A stretch of 62,900 nucleotides of DNA, filler included, from Octopus bimaculoides (GCF_001194135.2; 3 parts of one record of this genome joined end to end with filler, not necessarily neighbours in it), one strand, 5' to 3'; positions 26,786-40,230 are shown, numbered from the whole stretch's first letter. Made by a program: numbers and translations. The notes: generated by a model not told the origin, from the sequence alone.

Positions 26786-27486
26786 GAAAGGTAGGCCCCG
26801 AAACGGCGCGCATTCTCTCCTGATGACACAATACACTTGCTGGCTTCCAGTATGCGGAGTTCTCGACTGGTAGCACTTGCATTTGCGAGTTGTTTGCAAG
26901 ACATCAAGTAAGAGTAGAAAAAAAGAGACGAAACAAAATGGTAATAACAATGAGAGAGGGAATGGTATTAAACAAGGCCTCTCGCTCTCCCTCTCTCAAC
27001 AAAAACCTTTTCACTTTATTGATGAACGCTGCCTCACTCTCTTTCTCTCTCACTCTCTCTTTTTTCACTTACTGTCTCTCTTTCTCTCTCTCTCTCCCTC
27101 TCTCCCTCTCTCTCTCAACAACAACATTTTCATTTTTATTCGATGAATGCTGATTTTTTTCTGATAAACATTAATAACAGTATATAAGTAAATAAGATTG
27201 TTGCACCTCAAAATTATCGTTTCTGTATCCCTATGGATGTTTGACTGTTCTGGAAGATTTTTCTGCTTATAAAGTTGCAAACTTAATAGAATATAAGATA
27301 AGTAAATAAGGAGTAATTTTTAAGTCATAAAATTAAAATATTGTCTATTAAAAGAAAGCTTGATAATATTGTCTGTTTAAAGAAAGCTAAATATAAAAGG
27401 AATTGATACCTGTAAATATTTATGAATGAAGAATTTTGCCAAGACAGTGAAATTTGTCTTCAAGATCTTTTTCTGTTTCAGGCGGT

Positions 27487-27560
<74 letters not shown>

Positions 27561-27600
27561 CGTAGACGTTTGTGGAAAAAATAATAAGCCTCTGCGAGTA
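26786..27600. promoter_or_regulatory. CpG-containing, GA/CT-repeat region; possible promoter or first-exon zone
   Basis: cggcgcgc cluster; plus-strand donor GAAAG|gtaggc at 26790; minus-strand donor GACA|gtaagt at ~27071; lies just beyond the edge of the CpG-depleted domain. Inference only. Confidence 0.3.
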
Positions 27601-27719
27601 AGCTGTTAATGTAATCCTGCATAATTTTGGATTTTGTATGGTTACGTATAGAAATACACTCTATACACTCTATAAACACACGAGCGCACGCACGCACGCA
27701 CACACACACACACATACAT

Positions 27720-27750
<31 letters not shown>

Positions 27751-28675
27751 TATGGACTTCTAGAAGTTCTTGAACTATATTACTATATTACTATTCAAGC
27801 GGCATTTCGTCTGTCTTAACGTTCTGAGTTCAAATTCCACTACAGTCGACTTTGCCTTTCATCCTTTCGGGGACGATAAAATATGCACCAGTTCAACATA
27901 GAAAACTAAGGTCATTTATCTTTACAATAAATCATTAGTATAATCATATTTGACATGACATTCGTTGGCAGCATGTAAATTTGTTGTGTAACAAAATGCG
28001 ATAAAGACTCAAGCTTTCAGTGCTGCAGTTCTAGATTTATATAAAGAGGCAAAATTCACCACAGTAAGCTATATAGGAAATATAGAACATTATATTTAGT
28101 CAGCTTCAGTCTACTAAAGCTAACACTTAACTTCAAGCAACAGAATGCGATGGATTTAGAAAGAATGTTGGAAGTGCTATTAATCATTCCTTTACATCTT
28201 TGAAACTCATGTTATAAATCCTCAATAACGTAATTTCCTTAAGACAGGTATTAAAGATTATTTACGATGTTTACATCCGAACATGTATTGAATCATTTTC
28301 TAGCTCATAAATCAGTTAGATAGGTAAAGCTATATGTGATATTACTAAACTTTGACTTAGTAATATCACCTGCTAGGATAGGTGAGTCCTATAATATAAT
28401 CATAAAGGCGACCTCGCCTCGAAAATGTCGTTAAGTAATGTACCAATGTGTAAATCAGCATATCGGAGCCGCCCAAATGCTATGTAAGCTATTTGTAATA
28501 TAGGATTTGAAATCAGCAGTCAAGTTTTGCTGCAGCCTACTGCAGTGAATTGCTCTTATCCAAAGGAACTTATATACGGCTATGCTTGCTGTACAAATTG
28601 AGAATTAAATGTCTTATCCACCAACACAGTATAAGAGAGACTAAATAAGAACTTTTAAGCCTTCGGCTGGTTGTA

Positions 28676-29172
28676 CAGTAGGGTGGAGGTGACAAAAAGG
28701 TAGAAATTGAAAATGCCTGAGAGCAAAAATGTTGCTATATTTAATTACTAGAAAAATGCAAAGTTTTCGCTGAGATCAATTAAGGGCATTTACTCCCTCA
28801 AGCCCCCTAAACTCTGAAAATGGAGGAGTTTTGTATATAGATTGTGTAATCTATGGTGGAGTGAAAATAAAAAATTGTAGAAATTGAAAATGCCTGAGAT
28901 CTAACATCTTGCTATATATTATTATTAGAAAAATGTTAAATTTTCGCTTAGATCAATCAAGGGCATTTACTCCCACAACCCCACCTCCCAAACTCCGCTA
29001 TTGTAAAAAAATTTACAAAAATCCCCCATTTTTTTAGGGGACTTGAGGGAGTAAATGCTCTTGATTGATCTCAGCAAAAATTTTGTGCTTTTCTAGTAAT
29101 TAAATATAGCAACATTTTTGCTCTCAAGCATTTTCAATTTTTACATTTTTTTATTTTCACTCCACCCTATTG
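28676..29172. mobile_element. Foldback MITE with ~170-bp inverted arms and TA target duplication
   Basis: TA|cagtagggtgg...ccaccctattg|TA. The arms are reverse complements over ~170 bp, and a third, direct copy of the arm lies at ~28850-28990. Confidence 0.85.
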
Positions 29173-29559
29173 TACAGCCCCTATGCCAGTCAGCCACCTG
29201 TACGTTCACCTTTCTTTACTCCAATATAACTGTACTGTTTCCAATTTTAACTCATGTGGAAACTGATATCCAACAAAGATCCATCTCCAGATAGACATTA
29301 GTAGTACTCACGCTTTGTTTACACCTTTGTTACACACACGTAATATAATTCTTTCAAAAGAATGTGCTTTCATCACCAGTTCACCACCTGACAGATACTC
29401 CAATTCAACAAGATAACCAACTCTGAAAATTTCCTTTCCATTTTAATCAAATTGTATACACTACAGATAGCTCATATTCAGTAATTCTCTCACTCTCTAA
29501 GAATCGCTCTTCTAAGGCGTCAAGTTAAATCATGTCTCCAATAAGATATCAAGCTAAGG

Positions 29560-30250
29560 CCTGTCTCCTATAAGGCATTGAGTTAAATCTTGTCTCCCCA
29601 AAAAATCATCCCTGTCCAGCATCTCAAGGATAATGGAAACAGTTGTTAACAATAACCTGATGCATTCCCTTCTTTGTAATCACCAGTACAACTTTCAGAG
29701 AATTTGATCAATAGAAGACCAAATCTGATCTGTCACTCAGCTATAGTGGATGCCTTTGAACATTTCCGTGAGAATGTCGCTGCGCTTGATTTGAGCAAAG
29801 ACCTCGACTATGTTTGGCATAAGAATTTCCTAAATTGTCTTTGTAAGAACATCATCTGTTTATCATTTCTTTAACTATAAGCTTCTTATCAGAGAACTCT
29901 ATTGTAGAATCCTCATACATATCAAGGAAATAGTGTTGGATCCAACCACGATATCCAAACAACACACAACCAAAACAAGTCACAATAGCTACACATACTA
30001 GGGTATCGCAGTCTATGGTGTGAGCTTTCATTAGCACCTCACACATATTGCATCATCAAAATTGTTTACGAAAGTTTCTTCTTCAGTTCAAGAATATATT
30101 TCAGCTCATCTGTTGCTGACCTTTTACAAAACGGTGCTAAAAGCCGCAATGGCTTGCTGCTCACATATCTAGAAAGATATTTCTGTTCCATGCATCCATA
30201 TCAATGCCATTTGCCTGTCAGAATTCACTCTGCAAGAGTTACCAATTTCT
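29560..30250 (+). mobile_element. Degenerate APE-class LINE RT relic (CR1/L2/Jockey group)
   Basis: ISRIMETVVN, HQYNF, ALDLSKDLDYVWHK (ALDxSKAFDRVWH-like). Confidence 0.55.
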
Positions 30251-30309
30251 AACTCACAAACAGATTGCTTCCTCCCTCTCTCCCTTTTTCTATATATATA
30301 TATATATAT

Positions 30310-31300
30310 ATATCAAAATAGCAGCAAGGATATCCAGAGGTAATGTAGTACGATCGTTTCATGCAACTCCATTTAATTGAATAATGCAATCATTATATCA
30401 ATTTAAAATGCAGAGCAATCTTCAGCTGCACAAAGACATAGAATTTGATTAAATTAGAACAGATGGACACATTAGTATAATTATACCTAAAATCTCCAAG
30501 AAGTTAAGGAGATAAACAAAGAACATGCTGTCTCACTCCAGTTTAGAAGTTACTGAATTTTCAAGAAGATATAAATTGTTACAGACTCTGCCTGTCACTG
30601 ATTTTTTTTTATGGGGTCAGTTTTAATTTATAGACTAGTTTATCAAATCCCTTGTATATCTAAGACTGAGAGAACAGAGGGCAGTATTTGTTAGGGTTAG
30701 GGCTGAGGGATCAGACAGACATCATAGGTGGTATAGTCATAAAAATCAAGATCTATTAGAAGCAATATCATGAGGTTTGGTAAAGGAAAACTTAAAACAA
30801 GATGTTAGCTGATAGTTAAGGGGGTCGCCCACTAGCAGACCATTGATAATGAAACGGGGCAAGTCGTATCATATAGTACTATAGTTAAATATTTTAAACA
30901 ATGTTGCTATATTGTATACAGTTAAAGTTTAGGGTTATTCAGAGGATTATAAAGAAGAATATTATAAAAAAAAGGATATAAATTTTTGAATACTTTAAAG
31001 TATATACCAAACTTTCACCACAATAGAGGGAGGAAAAGAAATTATCCAAAAATAGTTTAATATTTATACATATTGTACACTTAAATACTAACTCATCAGG
31101 CGGTATCTGTGAATATTGATTAATTAGTATATAGTGGTATTAATAAAGGAGTATTGAGGTAAAGGAACATGCTAATTATATATTAATAAAATTATAATTT
31201 AAGCAGTATTTTTTTATAAGTAGTGAATACACCAGTATAGTTTTATATAAACACAAATACACAAGTGGAAACTAAGGTAATTTACTATATAAAAGAATAA
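30310..31300 (-). mobile_element. Penelope-like element relic (3' part)
   Basis: Minus-strand remnants of CPL...VYK (upstream of GIY-YIG) and CxLCxxEK-like motifs, plus a terminal gaaacgatcgta motif. Degenerate. Confidence 0.45.
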
Positions 31301-31859
31301 CGAAGCTTAGTAAGATGAAATATTATAAGTGCCTTTTTTTATTACATTAAAAATTACATGCACGATGATATGAACTGCAGAGAACTTATAGCGTGAAAAC
31401 ATACAAAATCATTGCTCGGAATGATACATAATCTTGAAAAAGCATAAGATATTAGAAGAATGCATATTTCAATCGAAAAAAATGTTTTATCTTAATGAAC
31501 TACTAGTAAATATACCACTTTTGATGAGTGTAATTACATGAAACTATTGTAAACGCGGTAACTATGCTCATAAAGAAACATTAAATGAGCAGTTGGAAGC
31601 GAGCAGTTTTAAATTAAGTATGGTGAGGTTAACAGAGTATGATGAATAACTTTATGTAAAATCCTTTACACATGTAGATTGGTTAAACGTTCAAATTGGT
31701 TAAATCTTGCATTTTCTACTTCTAAAATGATAAAGTATATTTCATTTCTTTAGTTGATTCCACTCAGAATATTGTCGAAGACTTTAGTTCCTAAGAGTTT
31801 TCAAAATTGGAATCTTAGAAATCTGTTAAATGAGTCCCTATAATACTTTTGAAGACTAC

Positions 31860-31980
<121 letters not shown>

Positions 31981-32666
31981 AATTGAAATTGACTTGCTGC
32001 AACTTTTCCCTGAATGATAAAGCAGAGTAACGAGGTCAAATTCCCATATAACTAATAGCATACAGTATACCTAGAGCATCTGCACCTTATCTTTCGTTGA
32101 TGTCTTCTACGCTTTTTAGTAAGAAAGTTATTTTATTATAAGGTACATCTACATGCCTTAACAGTTGAAGCTTGCACAGAGGATGTAACATTTATAAATA
32201 TTTTCAGATGATCCGTTACAGATTTCCTTGGTGATATAGCGCGTCAATCGAGTTGTGTCTCCTTTCAAACGTGAAGTCTGAGATCTGGGGTGCTGTCTGA
32301 TATTCAGAGTTTTCCATAGTTTTGTACCAAACTTAGAAATCAATATTTATTAAAGTTTTCAAATTAACTAATGAATTATTGGAAACTATATTACAAAGAC
32401 TAACAATTTTTTAGTATTCAGATTCGCGTGAGTTCTAATACCTTATACATTGGATTTACTTACCTATTAGCTTTCATCGTCGATAAGATTCATGTTAAGT
32501 ATGTACGCAGATGATTAACTGATTGCACTACAAGTCTATTAACTTGTGTTAGTGCCGTCATTACTGATTTCAAATTTCGGCACAGGGCTAGCAAGTTCGG
32601 AGAGGGTTAAGTCGATTATATCGACCCCAGCTCGCCGCCTTCAGTGCCATCATTATCATTCTTTTC

Positions 32667-32880
32667 TAAGGCGGCAAGCTGGCAGAATCGTTAGCAAGCC
32701 GGACTAAATGCTTAGCGGTATTTCGTCCGTCGCTACGTTCTGATTTCAAATTCCGCCGAGGTCGACTTTGCCTTTCATCCTTTCGGGGTCGATAAATTAA
32801 GTACCAGTTGCATACTGGGGTCGATCTCATCGACTGGCCTCTTCCCACAAAACATCGGTCCTTGTACCGAGAGCAAAAGA
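32667..32880 (+). mobile_element. SINE family A, near full length, CpG intact
   Basis: ggcggcaagctggcagaatcgttagc...gcggtatttcgtccgtcgctacgttctg...ccgccgaggtcgac. Partial copies also at 27795-27900, 32570-32630 and 32908-32950. Confidence 0.9.
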
Positions 32881-33800
32881 GATTATTATTCTTTTCTNNN
32901 NNNNNNNAGATCGACCCTAGTACGCAACTGGTATTTAATTTATCGACCCCGAACGAAGTGTCGTCATTATCATTACCATAATTATTGTTTAGGTCTATTT
33001 CAGATTAAAGCAAATAAAGTAAATAAAATTTCAGAAACAGTTATATTGGCTGACAGTCCACAACCTTGGGATCAACGACGCAACTAGAAATTCTCTGTGA
33101 TCACTTAAGCCATAAAAAAATAACAACCAAATCACTCTCAAATCATTCCATATTGTTTTTAAAATAAAGGAAAAGCATGAGATACCGTAGACCCTGAATG
33201 CATTTCTATCACAAAAAATAAAAGACGAGATTGTCACATTTTAGAACACCTATAAGCATAGTGTTTGCTCTTTAAGGGCTGATCTGGGGTGGAACAACAA
33301 CAAGGATGCCTTCGGAATCAAAGGACGAAGAAAAAGGATTATGCATACAAAAATAAACTATCCATTTTTAGTGATAGTGAGATAAACTGGCAATGTTTTG
33401 AAAACTAACGTAGAGTCCTGTTATAACAAATGAAATATCATATATAGAAAATATATCACCAGCAAACTTTTTTCGTAAATTGATTAAATTAAGATCTTTT
33501 TGTCTACGTGGAAAAGTTTCTGCCTGTGGTGTTATATTTAGAGAATTTGCAAAATGAAATATTAACACAATTTTTAACGCTGTTTTATTTATTTTATTTA
33601 TTTTATTTTTAAAGTCAGTTGCACTAGTTACATCTACGACGATTCTCCATGATTTTTTTTGGTAAACGACTAATCATTTTTGAAGAGATTGTAATAAAAT
33701 TTAGTGTCTCGCGACTTTTTTCCTCAGGCAGTGTTTCTATATATAATTTATAGTAATTCGATGTACAGTAAATTCAACCTCCCATTTTTCATTTTTTACA

Positions 33801-33862
<62 letters not shown>

Positions 33863-34250
33863 CTCTATTTATCTGTCTCTCTTTCTCTCTCTCTCAATCT
33901 ATCTAGCTTTCTGTCAGTCTGTCTGTCTATCCATATACTTATCTATCTCTATTTATTTATGTACCTATCTATCTATTTGTCTATATCGCTCTCACTCTCT
34001 TGTCTTGATCCATTGTAGTTTAAAAAATCAGAGCATTATTACGAATCAATGTTAAATACTATATATGTAGTGAAAAAAGAGATTCCAAAATTTTACTTCA
34101 TGCGTAGATGTTAATGCTTAAAAAAATTAGTTTCCTTTGCTTACGTTGAAAACTATTTCAAATCAGATTAAAACTGTATTATGTCTACTGTTATCAGACT
34201 CAAAACATTGAGTTTTCTTTGCAGTTTGCTTATTACTAGTTCTATGCTAG

Positions 34251-34331
34251 CTCCGATAAGTACGTGACGGATTTCAGGAAAGCTGAAAACCGCTTCTACC
34301 ACAATATTATTCTTGAACAAAACTGTCTGTA
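34251..34331 (+). CDS. Candidate 81-nt exon (SDKYVTDFRKAENRFYHNIILEQNCL), gene unidentified
   Basis: Acceptor ttctatgctag, donor A|gtaagt, one open frame, phase 2-2. Could be chance. Confidence 0.2.
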
Positions 34332-35872
34332 GTAAGTAAATGTGTTTTAAATAAAGAACATATAAATATGCTTTCTTCTAGCCAATTAATTAGTTACACT
34401 GAGGTAACGTGTATTATATAAATATTTCTTTATTGAGGCAGAATCAGTTGTTTATATCTTGTTCTTACATAAACGGTTTTGTGCCTAAGAAGATAGCAAT
34501 AGTAAATGTTAGAGTATATCAGAAAATAAGATCACTTCCTGTTGATTATTCTTTTCTTTCCCCTCTGCCCTTCTTCAATTTCTTTCTTAGTCTATCTATA
34601 TATTTATTTTTCTCTTTTGTTTGTGGAGGAATTTGAACTGTTGAATCTTTATTTACCATTTGAGTTTATATATCTGAAAGTAGAAACTTTTGATTTTGGT
34701 GCATCATTTAGTTACTAATTGGCTGGTTTACCTTTTTCTTTTATAATTGGAATTTATGAGCTCAACATCAACACGATATACCAAAAGTAGACCCCTTAAA
34801 GTATTGGTTAGGCTTGGCAGGATATTTACAGTAGTAACTGTTCTATTCAGGCCTTTCTCGTCAATTTTCTATTTGTATTTGTACCTGAGTTCTAATCCAC
34901 AAATTAATTTTTTGGACTAGTCAAAAAAAATCAACACTTTTAGAAAGTAGGATGTATTCGATTTGGTCGATTACTGCACTTTATTAATAATATTGTATTG
35001 AATGTGGGTAAATCTAAACCAAAATCATTCTGAGAGAATTGAGTCAGCAATCGTAGCGAAAAAATAGTACTCATTAAAGACTAAACGTTTCTGTCAATTT
35101 GTTGCTTTCAAAACTTGCTTTGTATCAGGCTTTGTCCTTGAACAAGCAATAACAGAACGTAATCTAGATTTCCGTATCTGAAAAATAAATAACAAACCCA
35201 CTTTACTATAAATCTGAAGGTGATAGGAAATTATATACGGCCGTGAAACACAAACTGAAGAAGAAAAGGACATATCATTTACTTAGCTTGATGTTGGCTC
35301 CCAGACAGCTAAATTAAACAACATTGGGGGATAGGTGCTTCATTGAAACATACTTTCAGCTACACATCTACATATACCCTGATACGCATTATAAACATAC
35401 TGCAATCGTTTTTTCATATCCCACCCTTAAGAATATCGGGAAACAAAAGGTCATGGCAAACTTCCGAAAACAAAGCAACACAACATTTTCGTAAAAAATA
35501 AAACATTGACCGGTTTCCATCCTACGAATGCGATTCTGTTAAGGCTGGTGGTTACGTCAAGGCATCAAGATTGTTGTTGAAAGACTGTTTTAGTATCGAA
35601 GTATTTATTACTTAGGATGATATTATCCGCTTGGCATTTTAAGTAAAAGAGTGCCGTATTAAAATCAGCATGCAGATTAACACTAAGCCTAAAATTATAT
35701 GCATGTATGAATGTGTATATCTATATTTGTATATGTGCATATCATTAGTGAAACATTTTTTCTTGCGTATCTGACAAATATTTAGTGAATACATGGTTAT
35801 AAATAACGATAAATTTTCAATTTTTGCATATCTATCTATCAACCTTTTCATATTACATGTTTATTTTTTTTG

Positions 35873-35929
35873 TCTATCTATCTATCTATCTAACTATCTA
35901 TCTGTAGACAGACAGACAGACAGACAGAC

Positions 35930-35993
<64 letters not shown>
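35873..35993. repeat. (CAGA)n(TAGA)n microsatellite
   Basis: Directly visible. Confidence 0.95.
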
Positions 35994-36230
35994 TTCCGAG
36001 GCATATAAGCATAGACAGGCTTAATAATTGTGATATTTTAATCATGCATGTATGAAATTTTTGATCATAAAAAGTGGGCCCGAAGGTGAAAAATGTTGAG
36101 AACCACTGCTCGAGAACAATACTCTGTGCAAACCAAAAATATGGCACCCTAGTCAAAAGACCTACTTGAACTTCTAACTTGTTTCTTGAGATCTCTGGGT
36201 GAGACCTGGAGTCAACTTGTACAAATACTT

Positions 36231-36405
36231 AGAAGAAGAAGAAGAAGAAGAAGAAGAAGAAGAAGAAGAAGAAGAAGAAGAAGAAGAAGAAGAAGAAGAA
36301 GAAGAAGAAGAAGAAGAAGAAGAAGAAGAAGAAGAAGAAGAAGAAGAAGAAGAAGGAAGAGGAGGAGGAGGAGGAGGAGGAGGAGGAGGAGGAAGAGGAG
36401 GAAGA
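36231..36405. repeat. (GAA)n(GGA)n microsatellite
   Basis: Directly visible; the source of the poly-E/R/L ORFs in the track. Confidence 0.98.
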
Positions 36406-36883
36406 GACTCACCGAGAATGAAAATTCCAAAATCCTGTGGAATGCAATAATTCAGTGAGATCACCTGACCAGACATCGGAAACCGGACATTGTTGTGGTA
36501 AATAAGAATGCAAGAATTTGCATGATAATCGACATAGTATGTCCCGGTGACAACAGGATCAAATAGACAGAAGAAAAGCTGGATAGCTACTATGATTTGA
36601 AGTGGGAATTAAAAAAGTTATGGTCAATGAGGAGAGTAGACGTGACATCAATAGTAATTGGCACACTTAGAAGTATCAGCACTCAACTACCAACATGGCT
36701 TAAAATGATTGGTACATATATAAAGATAGAACACCTACAGAAATTAGCATTGCTTGGAACTGCAAAAATTCTTCGCAGGGCTCTTGAAGCATGACCAGTA
36801 AACGAGTGTCACCTTCGTCTGCTGGTTGTGAACAGCTGACACTTTCCATCATACCCAGTAAAATAAGCTGAGAGTTTTCATCA

Positions 36884-36944
<61 letters not shown>
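36406..36944 (+). mobile_element. R4/Dong-type element 3' end with restriction-like endonuclease and (TAA)n tail
   Basis: KILWNAIIQ.DHLTRHRKPDIVVV...IIDIVCPGD (PD-D/ExK RLE), LQKLALLGTAKILRRALEA*, 3' UTR, (TAA)n. Confidence 0.9.
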
Positions 36945-38680
36945 GAGTCTCAATATCAACCCGCGTGGGAACCCCACGAACGACTCATAAATTTATTATT
37001 CAACACAACAAGGTAATAATTAACGGAGAGAATGAAGCTATAGCCGAACATGGTGAAGGTTTCCTGTCCAGCACGTCCGAAACCATCAGCATCAGAGGCA
37101 GTGATCTGGCCTCGGACGGTTGTTATGTTACAACAGATCATATACACGGTGTGCGCAAAAACAAACATAAATGGTCGAAGGAAGAGTACGATACACTTAT
37201 TGAATGTCATGAAAGAGCAAAGCTGGAGAAAAGTCGCGGAGTAGGCCGACGTACCATGAAATTTTGGATGGAAAAGGAATGTGCCTAAATTCAGAAAATA
37301 AACTAATGAACCAAGTGAGAGTGGTTAGGAAGAAAGGTTACTTAAATGGAGTAGAAGTATCTCGGATTAGTAAGTCTAAGAGACCCTGGAGAGGGGCTAC
37401 AAAGGATGGTCGAGTTGAAAACAGAGAGGTGGGAGTTGAAAGCAGAGAGAAGAGTAGACAGGAGGAACAGGAAAATGGTGATGGTGCTGTTAAGGATGAG
37501 GAACAGGAACGTTATACAGTGAACCCTGATACTGTGGTGAGTGGACATGCAGGGAAATGAATCAACTAGAAAATGAATTGCTTGAAATTCAAAGACGACT
37601 CACCGACTTGATGAATACTCCACAAGAAAAAATCCCCATGAATATGAGAAGGGTAAATAAGAGCATGATACATAAAGTAACACAAAAGATAAATACTGTC
37701 ATAGCATACATTCAGGCGGAGGACATAACACAAACAAGAAATCTTCTCCGAGCTGTTGCACTACTTGCTGAGGAGAAATTATAACTTAAGGAAACAAAAC
37801 ATGGTGGAGCAAAAGAACAGTGGTGGAAACGACGCATTGTAAAAAACATCATACAAACATGTCTATGGCTTAGATAGACTTTAGGAAGGCTATTGATATG
37901 ATGCCTCATTCTTGTATCGTTGAATGCCTGCAGATGTTTGGTGTTGCTGATAATATCACAAGTTTTCTGATGTATAGCATGAAAGAGTGGAAATCCAAAT
38001 TGTACTCAAGTAATGTATTCCTTGAAGAAGTTAATATTAAAAGGGGAATCTTCCAAGGTGACTCGTTTTCTCCGTTACTATTTGTAATTGCACTAATACC
38101 CATAACAATGACACTTAGAAAAGTTAAGATGGGTTACCGATATGGGGAAAAAAGGCCCACCGCTGAACCATCTTCTGTTTATGAATGATTTGAAATTGCT
38201 TGGGAAATCTGAAATTGCTTGGGAAATCCTTAACCAAGTAATGGTATGCAGGAGGATGGAATAGTAACGATACTCTGAGACTATGATTTTCAGGCGAATC
38301 GTGTAATCGAACACCGTCGGCCGGATATTGTCATATTGAATAGGAGAGACAAATTCTGTCAGATCATTGATGTAGCCATACCAAATGACATGAATGCTGT
38401 GAGTAAAGAGGTTGAAAAAATCATCAAGTACTCCGAATTGAAAGTGGAAATGGCAAGACTATGGAATGCGAGAGGGTAATGTAAAAGTTGTACCAGTGGT
38501 GATCGGAGCGTTGGACTCAATCCCATTGAAACTTCAGGGCTTCTTAAGGCAACTGGAAATCCCATGCAAGATTGTTGTCTTGCAAAAAGCAGCCTTATTG
38601 GGCACAGCGCACATCTTAAGAAAAGTATTATCTGTCTGAGGTCCGGTGCATTTTTACCTACACTGTGTTACGAAGGAATA
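36945..38680 (+). mobile_element. Second R4/Dong-type element, internally deleted (N-terminus, RT, RLE)
   Basis: RKNKHKWSKEEYDTLIEC (N-terminal motif), KRGIFQGDSFSPLLFVIALIP (RT), HRRPDIVILN...IIDVAIPND (RLE), LQKAALLGTAHILRKVLSV*. Confidence 0.9.
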
Positions 38681-38689
38681 ATGATAATA

Positions 38690-38905
38690 ATTTCAAATTT
38701 TGGTACAAGGCTAGCAATTTCGAAGAGAAGGTAAGTCGATTACATCGACCCCAGTGCTCGAATGGTACTTATTTTATCTCTCTCGAAAAGATGAAAAGCA
38801 AAGTTGACCCGGGGGGATTTGAACTCAGAATGAAACGTCGTAAGAAATCCCGCTAAGCACTGTAACAATTCAGAACGATAACAATTTTGCCACCTCGCCA
38901 CCTTA
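38690..38905 (-). mobile_element. SINE family A
   Basis: Reverse complement of the family A body. Confidence 0.8.
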
Positions 38906-38959
38906 AGTTATTATCATTATTATCAAAATTATTATTATTTATAATAATAATAGAATATC

Positions 38960-40230
38960 TACTTATTACTCCTCCTTAGAAGAGCAAAATTGGAAGCGTA
39001 TCAAAGTAGAGGATGTAAGGTCTGCTCTCGAGAAATCAAGCAAACGGAAGTTTCCAGGAAAGGATAAAATTCCTAAGTTCTGGTTGAATGCTTTCCGAGA
39101 AGTCATGAACTATTGACAAGACTTCATAACATTGTTTTGCAGCAACCTAACATGATGACCTCTTGGCTAATTAATGGTGTTACATTCCTATTTCCGAAAA
39201 ATGAAGAAACAAATGAACCTAAAATTACAGGTCCATAACCTGCTTAACAATAGATACTAACATTTCTCTTGACTAAATGCATATAACTTACGAGCAGAAA
39301 GAATGTAAACGTGGGTTTTATGGTTGTAAAAATCAGCTTATCAATAAGATCTTGGAAGATTGACACAAACAATACAAGAACTTATCAATAGCCTGGATAG
39401 ATTTTTAAAAAGCTTTTGATAATCTCCACATAGTTGGATTGAGGAATCTTTGGAGATTTATAAAATAGCACCTACTCTGCGAAATTTCTTATCTATAAGT
39501 ATGAGATCATGGGAAACTATACTGAGTTTGAATAGTGAGAATGAATCTTTGAATCCTGGGGATGTAAGAACTTCATGCAGTATTTTTCAGGGTCACTCTC
39601 TATCAACCCTCTTCTTTTGTCTAGCCTTAATACCTCTTTCGAAATTGCTCGATGAAGTACAAAGTGGCTATAAAATCTTTGATAAAAATATAAATCGTCT
39701 CTTTTACATGGATGATTTAAAGCTCTTTGCAAAAGATGGCCAGCAACTACAAAGCTTGGTAGCAATTGTAAAACAGTTCAGTGATTACATCAGGATGGAA
39801 TTTGGCCCAGATAAATGTTTAAAAGCTACCTTTATCAGAGGGAAATTGATTGAAATATCCAAAGTTAATCTTGACCAACAAAATGTCATAAAGAGGTGTT
39901 TGAAGGTGATGGAATTAAACATTTAATGATGATAGAAAAGATAAGAAAAGAATGATATCGCAGGGTAACGGCAATACTCAAGACAGAGCTAAACGCAAAA
40001 AACAGGATCGAAGTGATCATTACTTTAGCCGTACCGGTCGTGACTTACAGTTTCAATATTATTAACTGATCAATTAATAAAATATGTAAACTTGGTAGGA
40101 AACTACGAAAATTGTTGACAATGAATAGACTGCACCAGCCTAAGTCAGATGTTGAATGACTTTATTTACCAAGAAAAAAGTGGGATCGTGGACTCTTACA
40201 AGTTGAATTGACAATGAAGATTGCCACAAA
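38960..40230 (+). mobile_element. Third R4/Dong-type fragment (RT domain)
   Basis: ORF 39450-39926: IFQGHSLSTLFFCLALIPLS...LFYMDDLKLFAK...MEFGPDKC. Confidence 0.9.

Noticed and set aside
26795-26830. cGAAAcggcgcg...CTGATGA
   Set aside because: The core halves are present but stems II and III do not pair.
27481-27483. ttcag|GCG|gtaaag as a 3-nt microexon
   Set aside because: Cannot be distinguished from chance or from the start of a longer UTR exon without reads.
30688-30700. TTAGGGTTAGGG
   Set aside because: Only two units, inside a TE relic; not an interstitial telomere.
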